Source: Octopus sinensis (Eukaryota). Taken from it: 64,000 nucleotides of DNA. Positions 1 through 12,447 of this stretch are shown piece after piece; the stretch's first letter is position 1; every line of letters starts with the position of its first letter. The DNA lies in the NCBI RefSeq assembly GCF_006345805.1, contig NC_043016.1, forward strand, positions 31,186,001-31,250,000, given 5' to 3'. A program made the position numbers and the translations under genes. The notes beneath the pieces are model-generated. The model saw only the letters and a list, made by a program, of their open reading frames with translations, was not told the DNA's origin and ran no database searches.

Positions 1-327
1 TACAGCTTTATTCCCACTGATTAGCATCCTAGGTTAAGTGTCTTGTTGACAAATGCCATGTGAGTATAATTTGGTAGATTGAAAATCCTCCCAAACTCTG
101 TTATATACATTTATCTCTTTCTATGCTGGAGTTCATTTAATGTCCATGCTCCATCCTGGTATGGGTTGCATGGTTTGACAAGATTTGATGTAACCAAGAA
201 TTGCTCCAATGTTTGTTTTGATGTTTCTACAGCTCGATGCACTTCTTCACACTAAATGAAGTCAATGGGGAAGAGTATAGTTGACTAAACAGATATCAAT
301 GCTTGGAAGATAATTTGTTGGTCTAAA

Positions 328-548
328 CCCTTTCGTTACCATATTTCTGTTGAGATGCTCTGTGTTTCTTTCAATTACTTTAAATATAAGAAAGAATTTA
401 GTAAAATAACTTAGTTATCATTAAGCTAGTGTTAGGAACATAAATTGTGACTAAGGTTTGGTGGAAGATTTTAATTCAAAACTTACAAAAACTAGACATT
501 TGTACCACAGAGCCAGGGACGGTTTCAGCCGGGTTGGTATCAAAAGGG
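328..548. mobile_element. piggyBac-like MITE family 1
   Basis: CCCTTTCGTTACC..GGTATCAAAAGGG followed by TTAA; homologous to 9497-9790. Confidence 0.75.
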
Positions 549-553
549 TTAAA

Positions 554-930
554 CTCCTTTAGCATCAAGGTTGCTCTGTCAAATGTAATGCTTATTTATT
601 GTTTTCAATTAATCTCATAGCTTTGTGATTGTTTATTTTTAGAATGACATTAGAGGGTAAGTGTATGAGGCCAGATTGAACATAAAACAGGTAGAATATT
701 TGTCAGACATGGTTCAAATCCTAAAGGGACACACACACATACATATTCCTTTCAATCAGATCACTATCAACTATAATGCTTAGTTGTTTTGAATTAATCA
801 AGCATAATCTCATAGCTTTGAAATTTCAAGGACATGTTTATTTTTAGAATGAGAGGCTGGATCTAGCCGGTTTGAATATAAAATAGAATATTGGACTGGA
901 TATGGCCAGTTTAAATGCAAAGGATAGTTA
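554..930. mobile_element. piggyBac-like MITE family 2, two degenerate tandem copies
   Basis: Internal sequence matches the CCCTTTAGCATT..AATGCTAAAGGG family seen at 10213, 24801 and 59010. Confidence 0.6.
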
Positions 931-1575
931 TCCAAGGAATATTTGACTGACTGTTTATTGTCAATCTATACAGAAAGCAGTAATTCAAAAAAAATTTTTG
1001 ATTTAAAACTTTTTTCCCAATAGGATAACTCCTTGTATAGCAAACATCCAGATTTTCCTAAAAGTCATATTTCCAAACAGTAACATCATTTCGCAATCAG
1101 GAGTTAAATGCATGACAATTTATCATTGGCCATCATATCGACATGTCCCTGAACTAAATGCATCCTATGATAATATATAGGTCCTAAACTATGAAAATGA
1201 GGGAGGGAATTTTGTAAATTCTGATTTTATTTGTTTTGTTTTCTTACCGATTGGAAAGATTTGCCTTAGTATGCAGTCTTTGTGCCTTCCATTCTCAGTT
1301 AAACACAATAAAGACTGACCTTCCTCTCCAGGATCAGAAAATACTTCTAACCACCAATTCCTAACCCTCTACAGAGCATACACAATCTCCTCATTTTAGA
1401 GAGTTTTTACATGGCACAAACTTTAACGTTTGAAGGAGTAAATGCCCTTGACTGATCTAGGCAAAAATTTGGCATTTTTCTAACAATATACAGCAAGATT
1501 TTAGGCTTCAGGCATTTTCAATTTCCACAATTTTTAAATTTGCACTCCACAATCTATATACCTGGACACACATGT

Positions 1576-1866
1576 TAGGGTGGAGTGAAAATAAAAAATA
1601 AAAATTGAAAATTTCCAAGGCTTAAAATCTTGCTATATATCGTTACAAGAAAAATGCCAAATTTTCACTTACATCAGCATTTATCCCCTCAAAACCCAAA
1701 CCCCACAATTGTAAATTTTTTTACAAAAGTCCCATTTTGAGTTTAGGGGGCTTGAGGGAGTAAATGCTCTCGATTGATCTCACTGAAAATAAAGCATTTT
1801 CTAGTAATCAAATACAGCAAGATTCTAGCTTTCAGGAATCTCCACAATTTTTTTCACTCCACCCTA
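1576..1866. mobile_element. MITE with TAGGGTG termini (hATm-like); a partial second copy lies at about 1430-1555
   Basis: Perfect 16-bp TIR TAGGGTGGAGTGAAAA at both ends with longer imperfect subterminal symmetry. No clean 8-bp TSD is visible. Confidence 0.7.
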
Positions 1867-1979
1867 GTGCCTATCATTGAGATTGCATATAAATGGATGA
1901 TGTTTGGTATAACAGGGATAGGAAGGGACGATTTGGATAATTGCTCCATTTCTTGTTGATGGAATGAAAATCTGAAACA

Positions 1980-4900
1980 TTGCCAATATACGGCTGCCAT
2001 CTTGCACACCAAAGACCCCACCACATAAACATGAAACATGGCAGAAACCACCTGCCAAAACAAAAGGACAACGCACCGCCTGCCCCAAAATGGAAGTACG
2101 CAGATGTAGTGCGTACTACAAACCAGACCTATCAACATGTTGAAAGAGCAGCTGCTGAACAACAATCTTTTTTGTGCATGGCACAAAAGATTGTACAGCA
2201 GCTGACCTGGCTATATCAATCTCACAGATGGGACTATCCCCAATACACAAGACCACCACAGCAAATAGACCCAAGGTGGGCACCACTGGCAACAACACAC
2301 ACACACATCACATCGGTGCTCTTACTGAATATCAGAGGACTTAATACTTAGTAACAGGACAAAAATCCCTTTCTTGAGAGACCTTGTTGCATGCAATCAA
2401 ACCTTATGCATAGCACTTACGGAAACACACCTGAAACAAGATGTAGCAAATTCAGAAATACACATACCACTGTATATTGTATTACAGACCGACAGGAAAG
2501 AAAGGAGTCATGGTGGAGTTGCTATGTATATCCATGAAGACCTCACAGCCCAGATCCTTTTGTCACACTCAAATTCAGTATGTGACACACTAATTGTACA
2601 TATAAGATAACTCGGTGTAGTTATATGTGCTACATATCACCCTCCAGATGTTCCAAATCATGTAGGCAAGTTTGAAGACTGCTTTACAAAAATAGAAGTT
2701 CTAGTCACATTAGAACAACACATAAGTGTACTTCTTATGGGAGACTTCAATTTGCCCAATGTCAGATGACCTGAGGGCTTCTCTCTCCCAGTAACGACAT
2801 GGTGCAAACAATAACAGGTGAAGTCCCTCCTGAACCTCATCAACACTTTGTCCATGGAACAAATCGTACTCCAACCAACCAAGGCAGGTAACATACTGGA
2901 TCTTTGCTTCATAAATAATATGGATCTCATCCATAATGAGAAAGTGACACCGATGCTACTCTCGGATCACAACATGGTAGAGCTGACCATGTATGGACCA
3001 AAGGAAACCATAGACATGCAGCCTACAAGAAACTCTCAGAATCTTTCCAGCTTGAACTGCCATAAGGCAAACTGGAAGCAATTTGAGAGAGATCCTCAAA
3101 CAAAACTGGCCTAAATGTCTCTCCTCATCGGACATTGACATGAAACTTCAACAATTCATGTCTGTAATGCAAGCCATATGCTACAAATGTGTCCTGGAGA
3201 GAAAGGCCACTGTAGACAAGAACAAAATCCCCAGGGAGAGGAAAATTCTTATAAGATGGCGTACAAAAGTTTCAAATTGCCTAAACAAACAAATTGAAAG
3301 CAGTGAAAAGTCCCGCCTGAAAATACAACTGCTGGAGATTGAAAAAAATCCGCAACTCTCCCATGAAAAAGAAAGAGCAGTCAAAGAAACCTGGGCTATA
3401 GACAATATTAAATTGAACCCCAGAGCTTTCTACAGGTATGCCGAAGAAACAGCTTCAGTGCACTGCAAGATAGGCCAACTCCTCAAAAAAGATGGTACAC
3501 TCACAGGAAACCCAATGACGATAAGTGAAATACTAAATGAGAAATTCAAAAGTATTTTCACCCCATCCCTAGGGCACTTTCAAGTCAGCAATCCAACTAA
3601 CTTTTTTACCACTGCAGATATAAAAACAGAGGCAATGATGATTGATTACATCAATATAAAGGAAGACTATGTAATAAGGGCAATAGATGAAATGAACTCA
3701 AACTCAGCTACTGGCCCTGATGGATTCCCAGCGATCCTAAAAGTATGTAAGCTATTCCTAGCAAGACCACTGCAGTCTCTCTTTCAGAGCTTCCTTGCAA
3801 ACTTCCAAGAAAACTGAAGGAGAGTAAAATATGCCCTATTCATAAAAGAGGTAGCAGAGCGAAGGCCAAGAACTAGACCTATCTCTCTGACCTCGCACAT
3901 CAGCAAAGTCATGGAACGAATAGTAAGAAGGAAACTAATTGCCTTCCTTGAAGAAAACGACTTGCTGTCTGACTCAGCACTTACAACACTATCACTGGGT
4001 GCTGAATCAGCTGCTCAATTACTCAAATGTGGAAGTGATATATCTCAACTTTGCAAAGGCCTTTAATAAAGTCAATCATGGAATGATATGTCACAAACTG
4101 CATGATCTCAGCATAGTAGGAAAATTGGGAGAATGGCTTCATGACTTTTTGAAAGATAGAAGTTAGGTGGTAGTTGCCAATGGGGCCACCTCCAATGACA
4201 TGTAAATAGTGAGTGGTGTTCTGCAAGGCACTGTTTTGGGACCACTACAGTTCATAATGGCCCTCAGCCACATAGATGATACAAAAGTCTCACAGGTAAT
4301 ACAGAACCCTGAAGACACTATGCACCTGCAATGTGAGCTGGATGAAATACACAAGTAGGCTGAAAAGAATAGCATGCAGTTTAATGCTGAAAAGTTTCAA
4401 GCCTCGTGCTATCAGCTTGCAATGGGCATTTACATGAGTAATGATGCAAACTTTCATGTACATGTTGCTAAATTGGCAATGAAATGCAGGCGGCCGACTG
4501 GATGGATTCTTAGAACTTTTAGAACAAGAGATCAGGAAACCATGATGGTCCTCTGGAGGACACTTGTCCTAAGCCACTTTGACTATTGCTCTCAGCTATG
4601 GTCACCAACCAGTGTCAAATTAATCTCAGAACTTGAGGCAATCTAATGCAGCTACAAAGAAGATAGACTATGCAGCATATAAGCTACTGGGAAAGACTCA
4701 AGAGATTAAGACTATTCCTAAGAGCGTAGGCAAGAAATACATGCCATAATATACATCTGGAAGGACTTGTCCCAAACTTTTGGCATTGAGAGTTACACAA
4801 ATACTAGAACTGGGGGCCACTGCATAGTGCCAAGGACTCCAAATTTGCCATCAAGATACTGCAATATCCTTGGCTTCAGAGGCCCACAGCTCTTGAATAC

Positions 4901-5045
4901 CCTCCTGAAGCACCCGAGAAACCTGCATGGGGTGGATGTAGGTGTCTTCAAAATAAAGCTGGAACTCTTCCTGTCAAGTGTCCCAGATGAACCAACTTCG
5001 CAGCAGGAGGTGCAGACGAGGTCAGCTGCATCAAACTCATGCACC
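1980..5045 (+). mobile_element. Decayed non-LTR retrotransposon (CR1/L2-group LINE): endonuclease plus reverse transcriptase, many stops and frameshifts
   Basis: APE motifs LLNIRGL, IALTETHL, RSHGGVAMYI, LLMGDFNLP, GNILDL, LSDHN. RT motifs GPDGFP, NYRPISLTSHISKVMER, YLNFAKAFNKVNH, QGTVLGPL, DDTKV, MQFNAEKF. The clade call is approximate. Confidence 0.9.
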
Positions 5046-5125
5046 AAATGTCAATTCCTTGACAAAATAAAAATAATAATATGCAATCAAGTGATCAGGC
5101 AAGCAACTATGTGAAAACTCCAATA

Positions 5126-5870
5126 TGAGGGTGGGTTGAAAAGTCCATAGGCTGACTATGAATGAGTAATGCTAGAGTTATGAAATCATGCAGGCATTAA
5201 TTTCAACCACACCCCCTTATTATTTCCAGGTAAAATGACACCTGACTGTTCAAAGACTTCAAAAGTAAAAAAAAAAATGGACAAAATTTGGCACAGTGTT
5301 ATCAAGTACCTACAGAAAAACTGTTTAGTCCCCTCCCACCAAGGGCATTCATGCTGACATTCTTGCTACATTAGGGAATAATGCTAGATTTATCAGCAAT
5401 ACTAAAGTGGGTAGCTTGAATTTAGGCAGGGAAGGGAGAGTTTTGAAGATGATTCAAGGCCTGAACATCCTGGATGTGCCACCACCAAGGAAGAGAAAAA
5501 AAATTATCACATGATGACAAGCAATTGATTATAAATCAAATAGCCAATGCTATTAGCATACCACATGAGAGTTGAGAATATTCTGTACAAGCTTGGTATG
5601 GCTGCCTCTGCTCAGTGGGTGACATGTCTTCTGAAGGGAAGTTGAATGCCTCAGTTTTTGTGGATGCAAAAGTGTTATCTTCAACAAGGGTCACAGGAAA
5701 TTGTAGAGTACTATTCCAAGCTGCAGAGGCAGTTATGAAAGGGGGTCTTGTTTTATCAGGATGATGCTCCAGAAAACAGGTCCTTGCTTTCAGTGGCTGC
5801 TATGGAACAGACTTTGAACAGGTTGATCACCCTCCCTATTGTCCTGATTTGACTCCCATCTGTTCCAACA
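5126..5870 (+). mobile_element. Mariner-type DNA transposon relic
   Basis: Begins TA-tgagggtgggttgaaaagt (mariner-like TIR). Translated fragments FYQDDAP (cf. HQDNAP) and HPPYCPDLTP (cf. HPPYSPDLAP). Confidence 0.8.
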
Positions 5871-6083
5871 GGTTTACCTAAAGTATTTTACAATGGACAC
5901 CACTAAGAAATGATTTCCACTCAACAAAAAGCAACACAGATGAAAAAGCTGTGATCACAAGCCTAATAACATCCCAAACTTCATTCAAGACATAATGCAA
6001 AAAACACAAAGTCAATTTAGAATGTAACTTGCTATTTGCTCCAAATATCTTTTAATTTAAATGGTTTTGATTCAACTCATTAA

Positions 6084-6296
6084 CCCTTTAGCATTCAGAT
6101 TACTCTGTTAAATGTAGTACGTTTTTACTCAAATTGTTTTGAATTGATCATGCATTATCTTATAGCTTTGAAGTTTCAATGATGTGACTGTTTATTTTTA
6201 GAATGTCAATGTAGGTTTGGTGTGAGAGGCTAGATATTCCCAGTTTGAATATAAAACTTGTAGAATATTTGGATTGGATATGGTTGATTTAAAGAG
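6084..6296. mobile_element. piggyBac-like MITE family 2
   Basis: TTAA-CCCTTTAGCATT left end; right end degenerate. Confidence 0.7.
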
Positions 6297-6565
6297 TGAA
6301 AATTATATATATAATGCTCATGATATTTTACCAACTATTCAATATGGATTGGCTTATTCACAGCTATACTAGACTGACTTAGTACTTATTTTCAACCCTG
6401 AGAAACTGGAAGAGAATGTAAGAGAGCTGACATGCTTTCTAGGAAAGAATTAAAGTTCATAACCTATAGAAAGCATCTCCCCCACCACATCAGATGGGTG
6501 TTGAATATTTAAACTTAAAAGAAACTTCCAAAATGTAAGAGTTCAGCTAATAATTTAGTGTAGTT

Positions 6566-6567
<2 letters not shown>

Positions 6568-6622
<55 letters not shown>
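6568..6622. repeat. (GA)n microsatellite
   Basis: Uninterrupted AG dinucleotide run. Confidence 0.97.
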
Positions 6623-6624
<2 letters not shown>

Positions 6625-6877
6625 AAGTATGTACAAGTTTTAGGTCCAGAGCAGCAGCAGCAAAAACAAACAAAAAAACAAAAACAAAACTAAAACAATG
6701 TTTAAAAAAAACTTTTAGCATCCACTTTTTCATGGGTCAAGCAGAATTTGTTGAAGCAATTTTTTGTAACTGCTGGAACTTCCTGTTTTCAAGCAAGATA
6801 TTTTCCCCCACCCCTATGGTAAAACAGGTTTTCACAAAAGGTTGAAATCACGCTTGCTAAATTATTCATTTACAAAC

Positions 6878-7868
6878 AAAAGGTATGGTAACAAAAAAAC
6901 AAAACAAAACAAAGTCATGGCAAAACAAATAGTAACAGACATACAATATTAACCAAATCCACTCAAGATTTTAGCTAGCCAGAGGCTGAAGTAGAACACT
7001 TGCCCAAGACAATGTGATTTGGAGGCAGACTTCTTACCACATGGTCAATCCTGCTTTAGTAATAAATCAATCTGACAAATGACCCTGAAAATATCTGAGT
7101 AGCTCAGCATACAAATGACAATGCAACCATTGTCCCATATAATACAATATTACTAATTACTTTTCAATTGAATGAAATTAAAAAACCTGAAAAAGACAAT
7201 ACAATCTAATAAGGCCAGTTAAATTTTATTTACAAATATTTTATCCAAATGCCTTCATATCAAAGTAAAATACTGATTTATTTTTATAGTTATGGAAGAA
7301 GAAAAATGTCTTTATGCAGTTAAAGTTGGTTTTTTTTTAATGAAATGTGCCATGTTCAATTATAGTAAATAGGTGAAAAGAATTATATAACGGTAACATG
7401 ATACTAGAACTATTTGAATAAAGAAACACAGAAATTAAGATAATGAAAACATTTTGCTAATGTATTTAGCTATCTATTATAAGACCATTGTATTTTAATT
7501 TTTATAGCAGTGTTTCTGTAAGTTCAAATATGTTTTTTTTTTGAGGGGTGGGGGAGAAGTCTTTCAAACTAGACATATTTTCTACAACTAACCAGTCACC
7601 TGTGCACATATGCTTTTGTATAATAATTTGTTCAGCTATTTAATCAGTTACTGCTTACTTTGTTTTTTGTATATGTGCTTGTGTGTAAACATTCTAGATA
7701 AGATCTGCATTATAATGTTCTAAAATTATTCTCTCCTTCATAAGTGCCCTACTTTTAAAGTGGCTAATTTATTTAATCACATGATCAACACTTGATATAC
7801 GAGTGTTGCAATGTGCTATTAGCAGCCTTTGTAAAAGGTATGGTAACAAAAAAACAAAACAAAACAAA
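6878..7868. repeat. Exact 36-nt dispersed direct repeat (6878-6913 and 7833-7868)
   Basis: aaaaggtatggtaacaaaaaaacaaaacaaaacaaa occurs twice, 955 nt apart. Confidence 0.9.
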
Positions 7869-8759
7869 AAAACAAGTATAAACTTTGCAGACAGCCTTAC
7901 CTAACAAGCTTTATAAAGGTCTTGTGTAAACTTAATTTTTGTATATTCCAAAGGGAAAAAAAAATCTTTGGGATACTGCTTTGGGACATATGTACTTTTA
8001 AAAACATGACAAAAAGGAAATGAACAATGCAAGAGAAACATACAGGGATACATATGAGTGATCATAGGTACTATTACTGTAGGAGGGAAATCAATTCATA
8101 ATCTTATAAATTTCAGTATATAAGAAATTAATCTTGACATCTAACCTCAATACATATGCCTTAAGATATTGGATATATTTTCGCTTTTCATAAAATCTAA
8201 AGGAATAAACTTCCATGTTAAATCAGTAAATTCTTTGAAGACGGGCTGGTAAGGATTAATTTTCAGTAACTGAATAATTTGAAAACAAAGAGAAAACATT
8301 GAAGCATAAAAAAAAAAAAAAAAAAAAAAAAGTTTTTCTGCATTCTTTTGCTTAGGCTTTTTTACCTAGCTAACTCTTAAAGAGTTGAGTGGGGGAAAGA
8401 CAAAAAAAAAAAAAAAAAAAATGGAAACCATATCTGATGTAATGTACTTGCACTTCTCAGAAGAATTCACAAATGCAGTCTCCTACAAAATTACAACGGC
8501 TGCTAACAGCAATGGTGACTATGTTTTTGGTAAGATATTTTATGTCTGTTTAGAACAGGAGAAAACAGCATTTTTCAATTAAAGTCTTACAACAATTCAG
8601 TTGATAAATTTACATATGTTTAGATGTATGGATCAAGTGGGAAAACCTAATGAAGAGGAATATTGAGATGAATACAAAATTCTGCACAAAAAAAAAGAAA
8701 AAAAAAAAGAAAAATGATCGTTTCCACTTAATGTTTATGTCAATTTTTTTCATTGGTAG

Positions 8760-8942
8760 TTATGATGAATTTGTAGGATTTGTACCAGAATCTTCCCCAT
8801 TGTTGGAACTGTGAATAGTTGAATTCTGGGCCACATACACATGACTGTTCTCATAACTAGAGCCATTTTGAATAAATGGAGTTCCCAAACCAAACAAATG
8901 ACCCAAGTATTTCGCATCATCAATATTGTCTTCAAAGAACAT
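8760..8942 (-). CDS. CNOT7: CNOT7 coding exon 6
   Basis: MFFEDNIDDAKYLGHLFGLG..TNSS-TAA; acceptor tttcttttcAG. Confidence 0.93.
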   Translation of the reverse strand: MFFEDNIDDAKYLGHLFGLGTPFIQNGSSYENSHVYVAQNSTIHSSNNGEDSGTNPTNSS

Positions 8943-11900
8943 CTGAAAAGAAAAAATGATTACAATCAAAATTGGAAGTCGGTTTATACAAAAAGGGGTT
9001 AAATTTACTGTGTTTTTAAAAGCAAAGTAAGTTTCATGAATGACTGATCAAATATTGAATTATTTTGATGAAAAACGTTCAATGCTCCCAGTAGTTAAGG
9101 AAAAAAAAAAGTATAGTGTAGATGTTGATTTATAGCTTGCTCTACAACTCCTGCCAAAACCAATGAACCTTTGATCTGACAAGGGCAAAAATTACAAAAA
9201 TTCGAAGAGATTATACTCAAGTCATTACTAGGTTAATAAAAAATTACCTTCACTATACTAAAATGAACTTAGCCTTTTTATATTTCATACTAAAATATGC
9301 ATTTCAATTAAAATAAAATAATCATTAATTTAGATTGGTTTCATAAAATATTTATCAACATTTTGAATTACATGAAGTTGTATGAGAGAGATTTAGTAAC
9401 ATGTAAACCAGATATTTTCCAGTGTTTTTATAACTGTCACATGGAGGCAACATACTGCAAACCACCATTTCATAAAACCTTGGCGAAAAATTTTAACCCT
9501 TTTGTTACCATATTTATTTTGAGATGCTCTGTGTTTGTCAATTTCAAATATAGCCTTCTGGCTTCCCAGATCCCCGGTCGAACCATCCAACCCATGCTAG
9601 CATGGAGAACGGACGTTAAACGATGATGATGAAACAATTTAGTAAAAATACTTGGTTATCATTCAGCTAGTGTTAGGAACATAAATTATGACTAAGGTTT
9701 GGTGGAAGATTTTAATTCAGAACTTTTGAAAGCAAGACATTTGTACTAACAGAGCCAGAGGTAGTTTCAGGTATGTTGGTATCAAAAGGGTTAAATTACG
9801 TTATAAATTTTACTTCTTTCAAGAGAAACTGGGGGATATAAAAAAAATTCAAGGTTTCAAGAAGGCTTCATGTGCATCTAATCTCCACATTTTTAAAAGA
9901 ATCTTTAAAATGATTACACAAAGTAACTTGCCTCCCTCATCTTGAAAAATGCAGCTCCTGTCAATAGACTGTCACTACCAGCTTGGTGCTGTGGTCCAAT
10001 TCTACAAATCTACAATATTTAATAAATCCAAAGATTATTCAAATTTCAATACAAAGAAACAAATTGAAGACATAAACTGCTCTTAAAATGTAACAAATTT
10101 TCCCAGAATCTATAGATCCAAATAATGTTCTACAATTCATATTATATTAATGCATTCTTTTCAGTTAAGCTACCAAACCAAGTGTCCAGGCAGCTGGAAT
10201 TAAGAAGTTTAACCCTTTAGCATTCAGATTACTCCAAATATATTTATTCAGTTTTGAATTAACCATGTATTATGTTGTAGCTTTGAGATTTTGATGATCT
10301 GATTATTTTTAGAATGACATTGTAGGATTTGTGTGTGAAGCACATCTGGCCTGTTTGAACATAAAACGAGAGGAATATTTGGGCTGGATGTGGCCGGTTT
10401 AAATGCCAAAGGATTAAGCTTGGGGTGTGGTCAAAGAGGTCTAATTCTTCTCAGCACTTTCTAAAAACAAAGTATGGTCAAAGCAAAGTAAGTGGCAAAA
10501 GGAAATTCAAATTAGCTTGAAAAGAATCAAAGAAATGCGCTTGATCAAGCGGTTTACTACTGCATGTAGACTTCAGAATCTAAATCAGTCATGGCCAACC
10601 TGCAGGACTTTCTGAACGAAATACAATGAAATACTACCTTTGATTTGTCTTAGTAGTGCAACCCACCAGATAATGACCCATGGCTTGTAGCCCACTTTTG
10701 AAAATCGACTTAGAAAATTAAAGCAACATAATTTTTTTTATAAAAGCTATATTAATCTCCAGCAAAGTAAGGATATCTCTGGGCTAAAAAAAAAACAAGA
10801 CTTCTGGGATACAAGATAATGGAAATTTGCAATTCTTTTATTCTAAGAGAATAGAGATAGTATAAAGACATTACCAAAGATTAATTCCTCATCTCTTAAA
10901 TATAGAACTGTATTACCAAAGATAATATCAAGAGTTAATTCCGTCCCAACAAAGAGTTAACTTACTGCATCTTAAGCAAGCTCTATTCTGCACTAACTTT
11001 GCTAAAAGTCCCTCAACTACTTCCAATATTTCATCTATCAGTTTAAGGGTTTGTAGCTGTCCCTTATAATACATCTCATTTCCTCACAGCCGTTGACAAT
11101 GATTCAGTTACTTTCAACAATTTATGATTCTTGTTTCAGTATCATTGAAAGCAAGTGTATCAGTGTTACTTCAGAAACTATAAATATAGACCACATCACC
11201 TTGCAATTTTGAATAACTTTTTTTTTTTTTATCTCACATCAGAATTAGCAAACATCTAATTTTATTTCCTTTCTTGGTTGAATAAACCTGAAAATTTGCT
11301 TTTTGACAATATCACATTGATAACACTTACTTCTAGTTGTTCAGCAACTTCTTGTAAGCCACCCTTTAGATTTTTGCAGCTCTTCATTAAATATTTAACA
11401 TCGTAAATATTTGGAAAGTAAATAGACAGCAGCTCAAAAAAATCCACTTCCTCAGCTGGTAGGTTGCTATTAGTCAGAATTTTTAACATGTAACCAAAAT
11501 CAAAGCCACTGAAAAGTTAAAATAAAATCATCATAAGAGTGTAGTTTACAAAATATTTTCTGGTTCAAGTTCAGATATAAATCAATTACATTCAAAATAA
11601 TTGCATGAAATAGTTAAGAGGCTTAGATAACAGGTGTAAGCTGTTGAGCCAGGAGGGTGGTAGTTTTAGGATTTTACCAGCTTGTTTCCTACTCAAGGTA
11701 GTTAGAGATATAAAAAAGTAAAGAGAATCTGTGTAGTATGTCAAAAGTGTATAAAAGCAAAGCTGACTGTGGCAGGATTTGAACTTTATGTTTCTAAAAA
11801 CACAAGAAATGCTAAAACATTTTGTCTGACGTGCTAATGATTCTGCCAGCTCACTACCTTCGTATGTAAGAATGCTTTTTTTTTTACCTTTTTCTTTTTT

Positions 11901-12416
11901 TAGCTCTCTTGTAACAAGTTTTCAACAATTCAAGAGATAAGTCTTAACAGGTGTTAAAAATACTGAAAGATTTGTAATAAATCTCAGAGGATCTAACACA
12001 TCTGGAAATTGCAACCAAGGACTGTGGGAAAGGTTATTTAGCATTACACGAGGACTTTTATATTCATTGCTCAATGGTAAAGAGGTAATATCAATGTTAA
12101 TTAGCAACAAACAGAGGATTGTTCAATACTAGATACAATTTTGGGAATTTGCTTCATTTCAATATGTTATGTTAGCAAAATCTTCCATATATTCAGTATT
12201 TGCAAATATATTTCAGGCATAGTTATGAGACTAAGTTCACTAAAGGCACAACAGGCGCAGGAGTGGCTGTGTGGTAAGTAGTTTGCTAACGAACCACATG
12301 GTTCCGGGTTCAGTCCCACTGCGTGGCATCTTGGGCAAGTGTCTTCTGCTATAGCCCCAGGCTGACCAATGCCTTGTGAGTGGATTTGGTAGACGGAAAC
12401 TGAAAGAAGCCTGTCG

Positions 12417-12447
<31 letters not shown>

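Noticed and set aside
6628-7234. Two Pumilio-type UGUAHAUA motifs (6628-6635, 7227-7234) downstream of CNOT7
   Set aside because: About 0.4 are expected by chance per 2 kb at this AT content, and the UTR extent is unknown.
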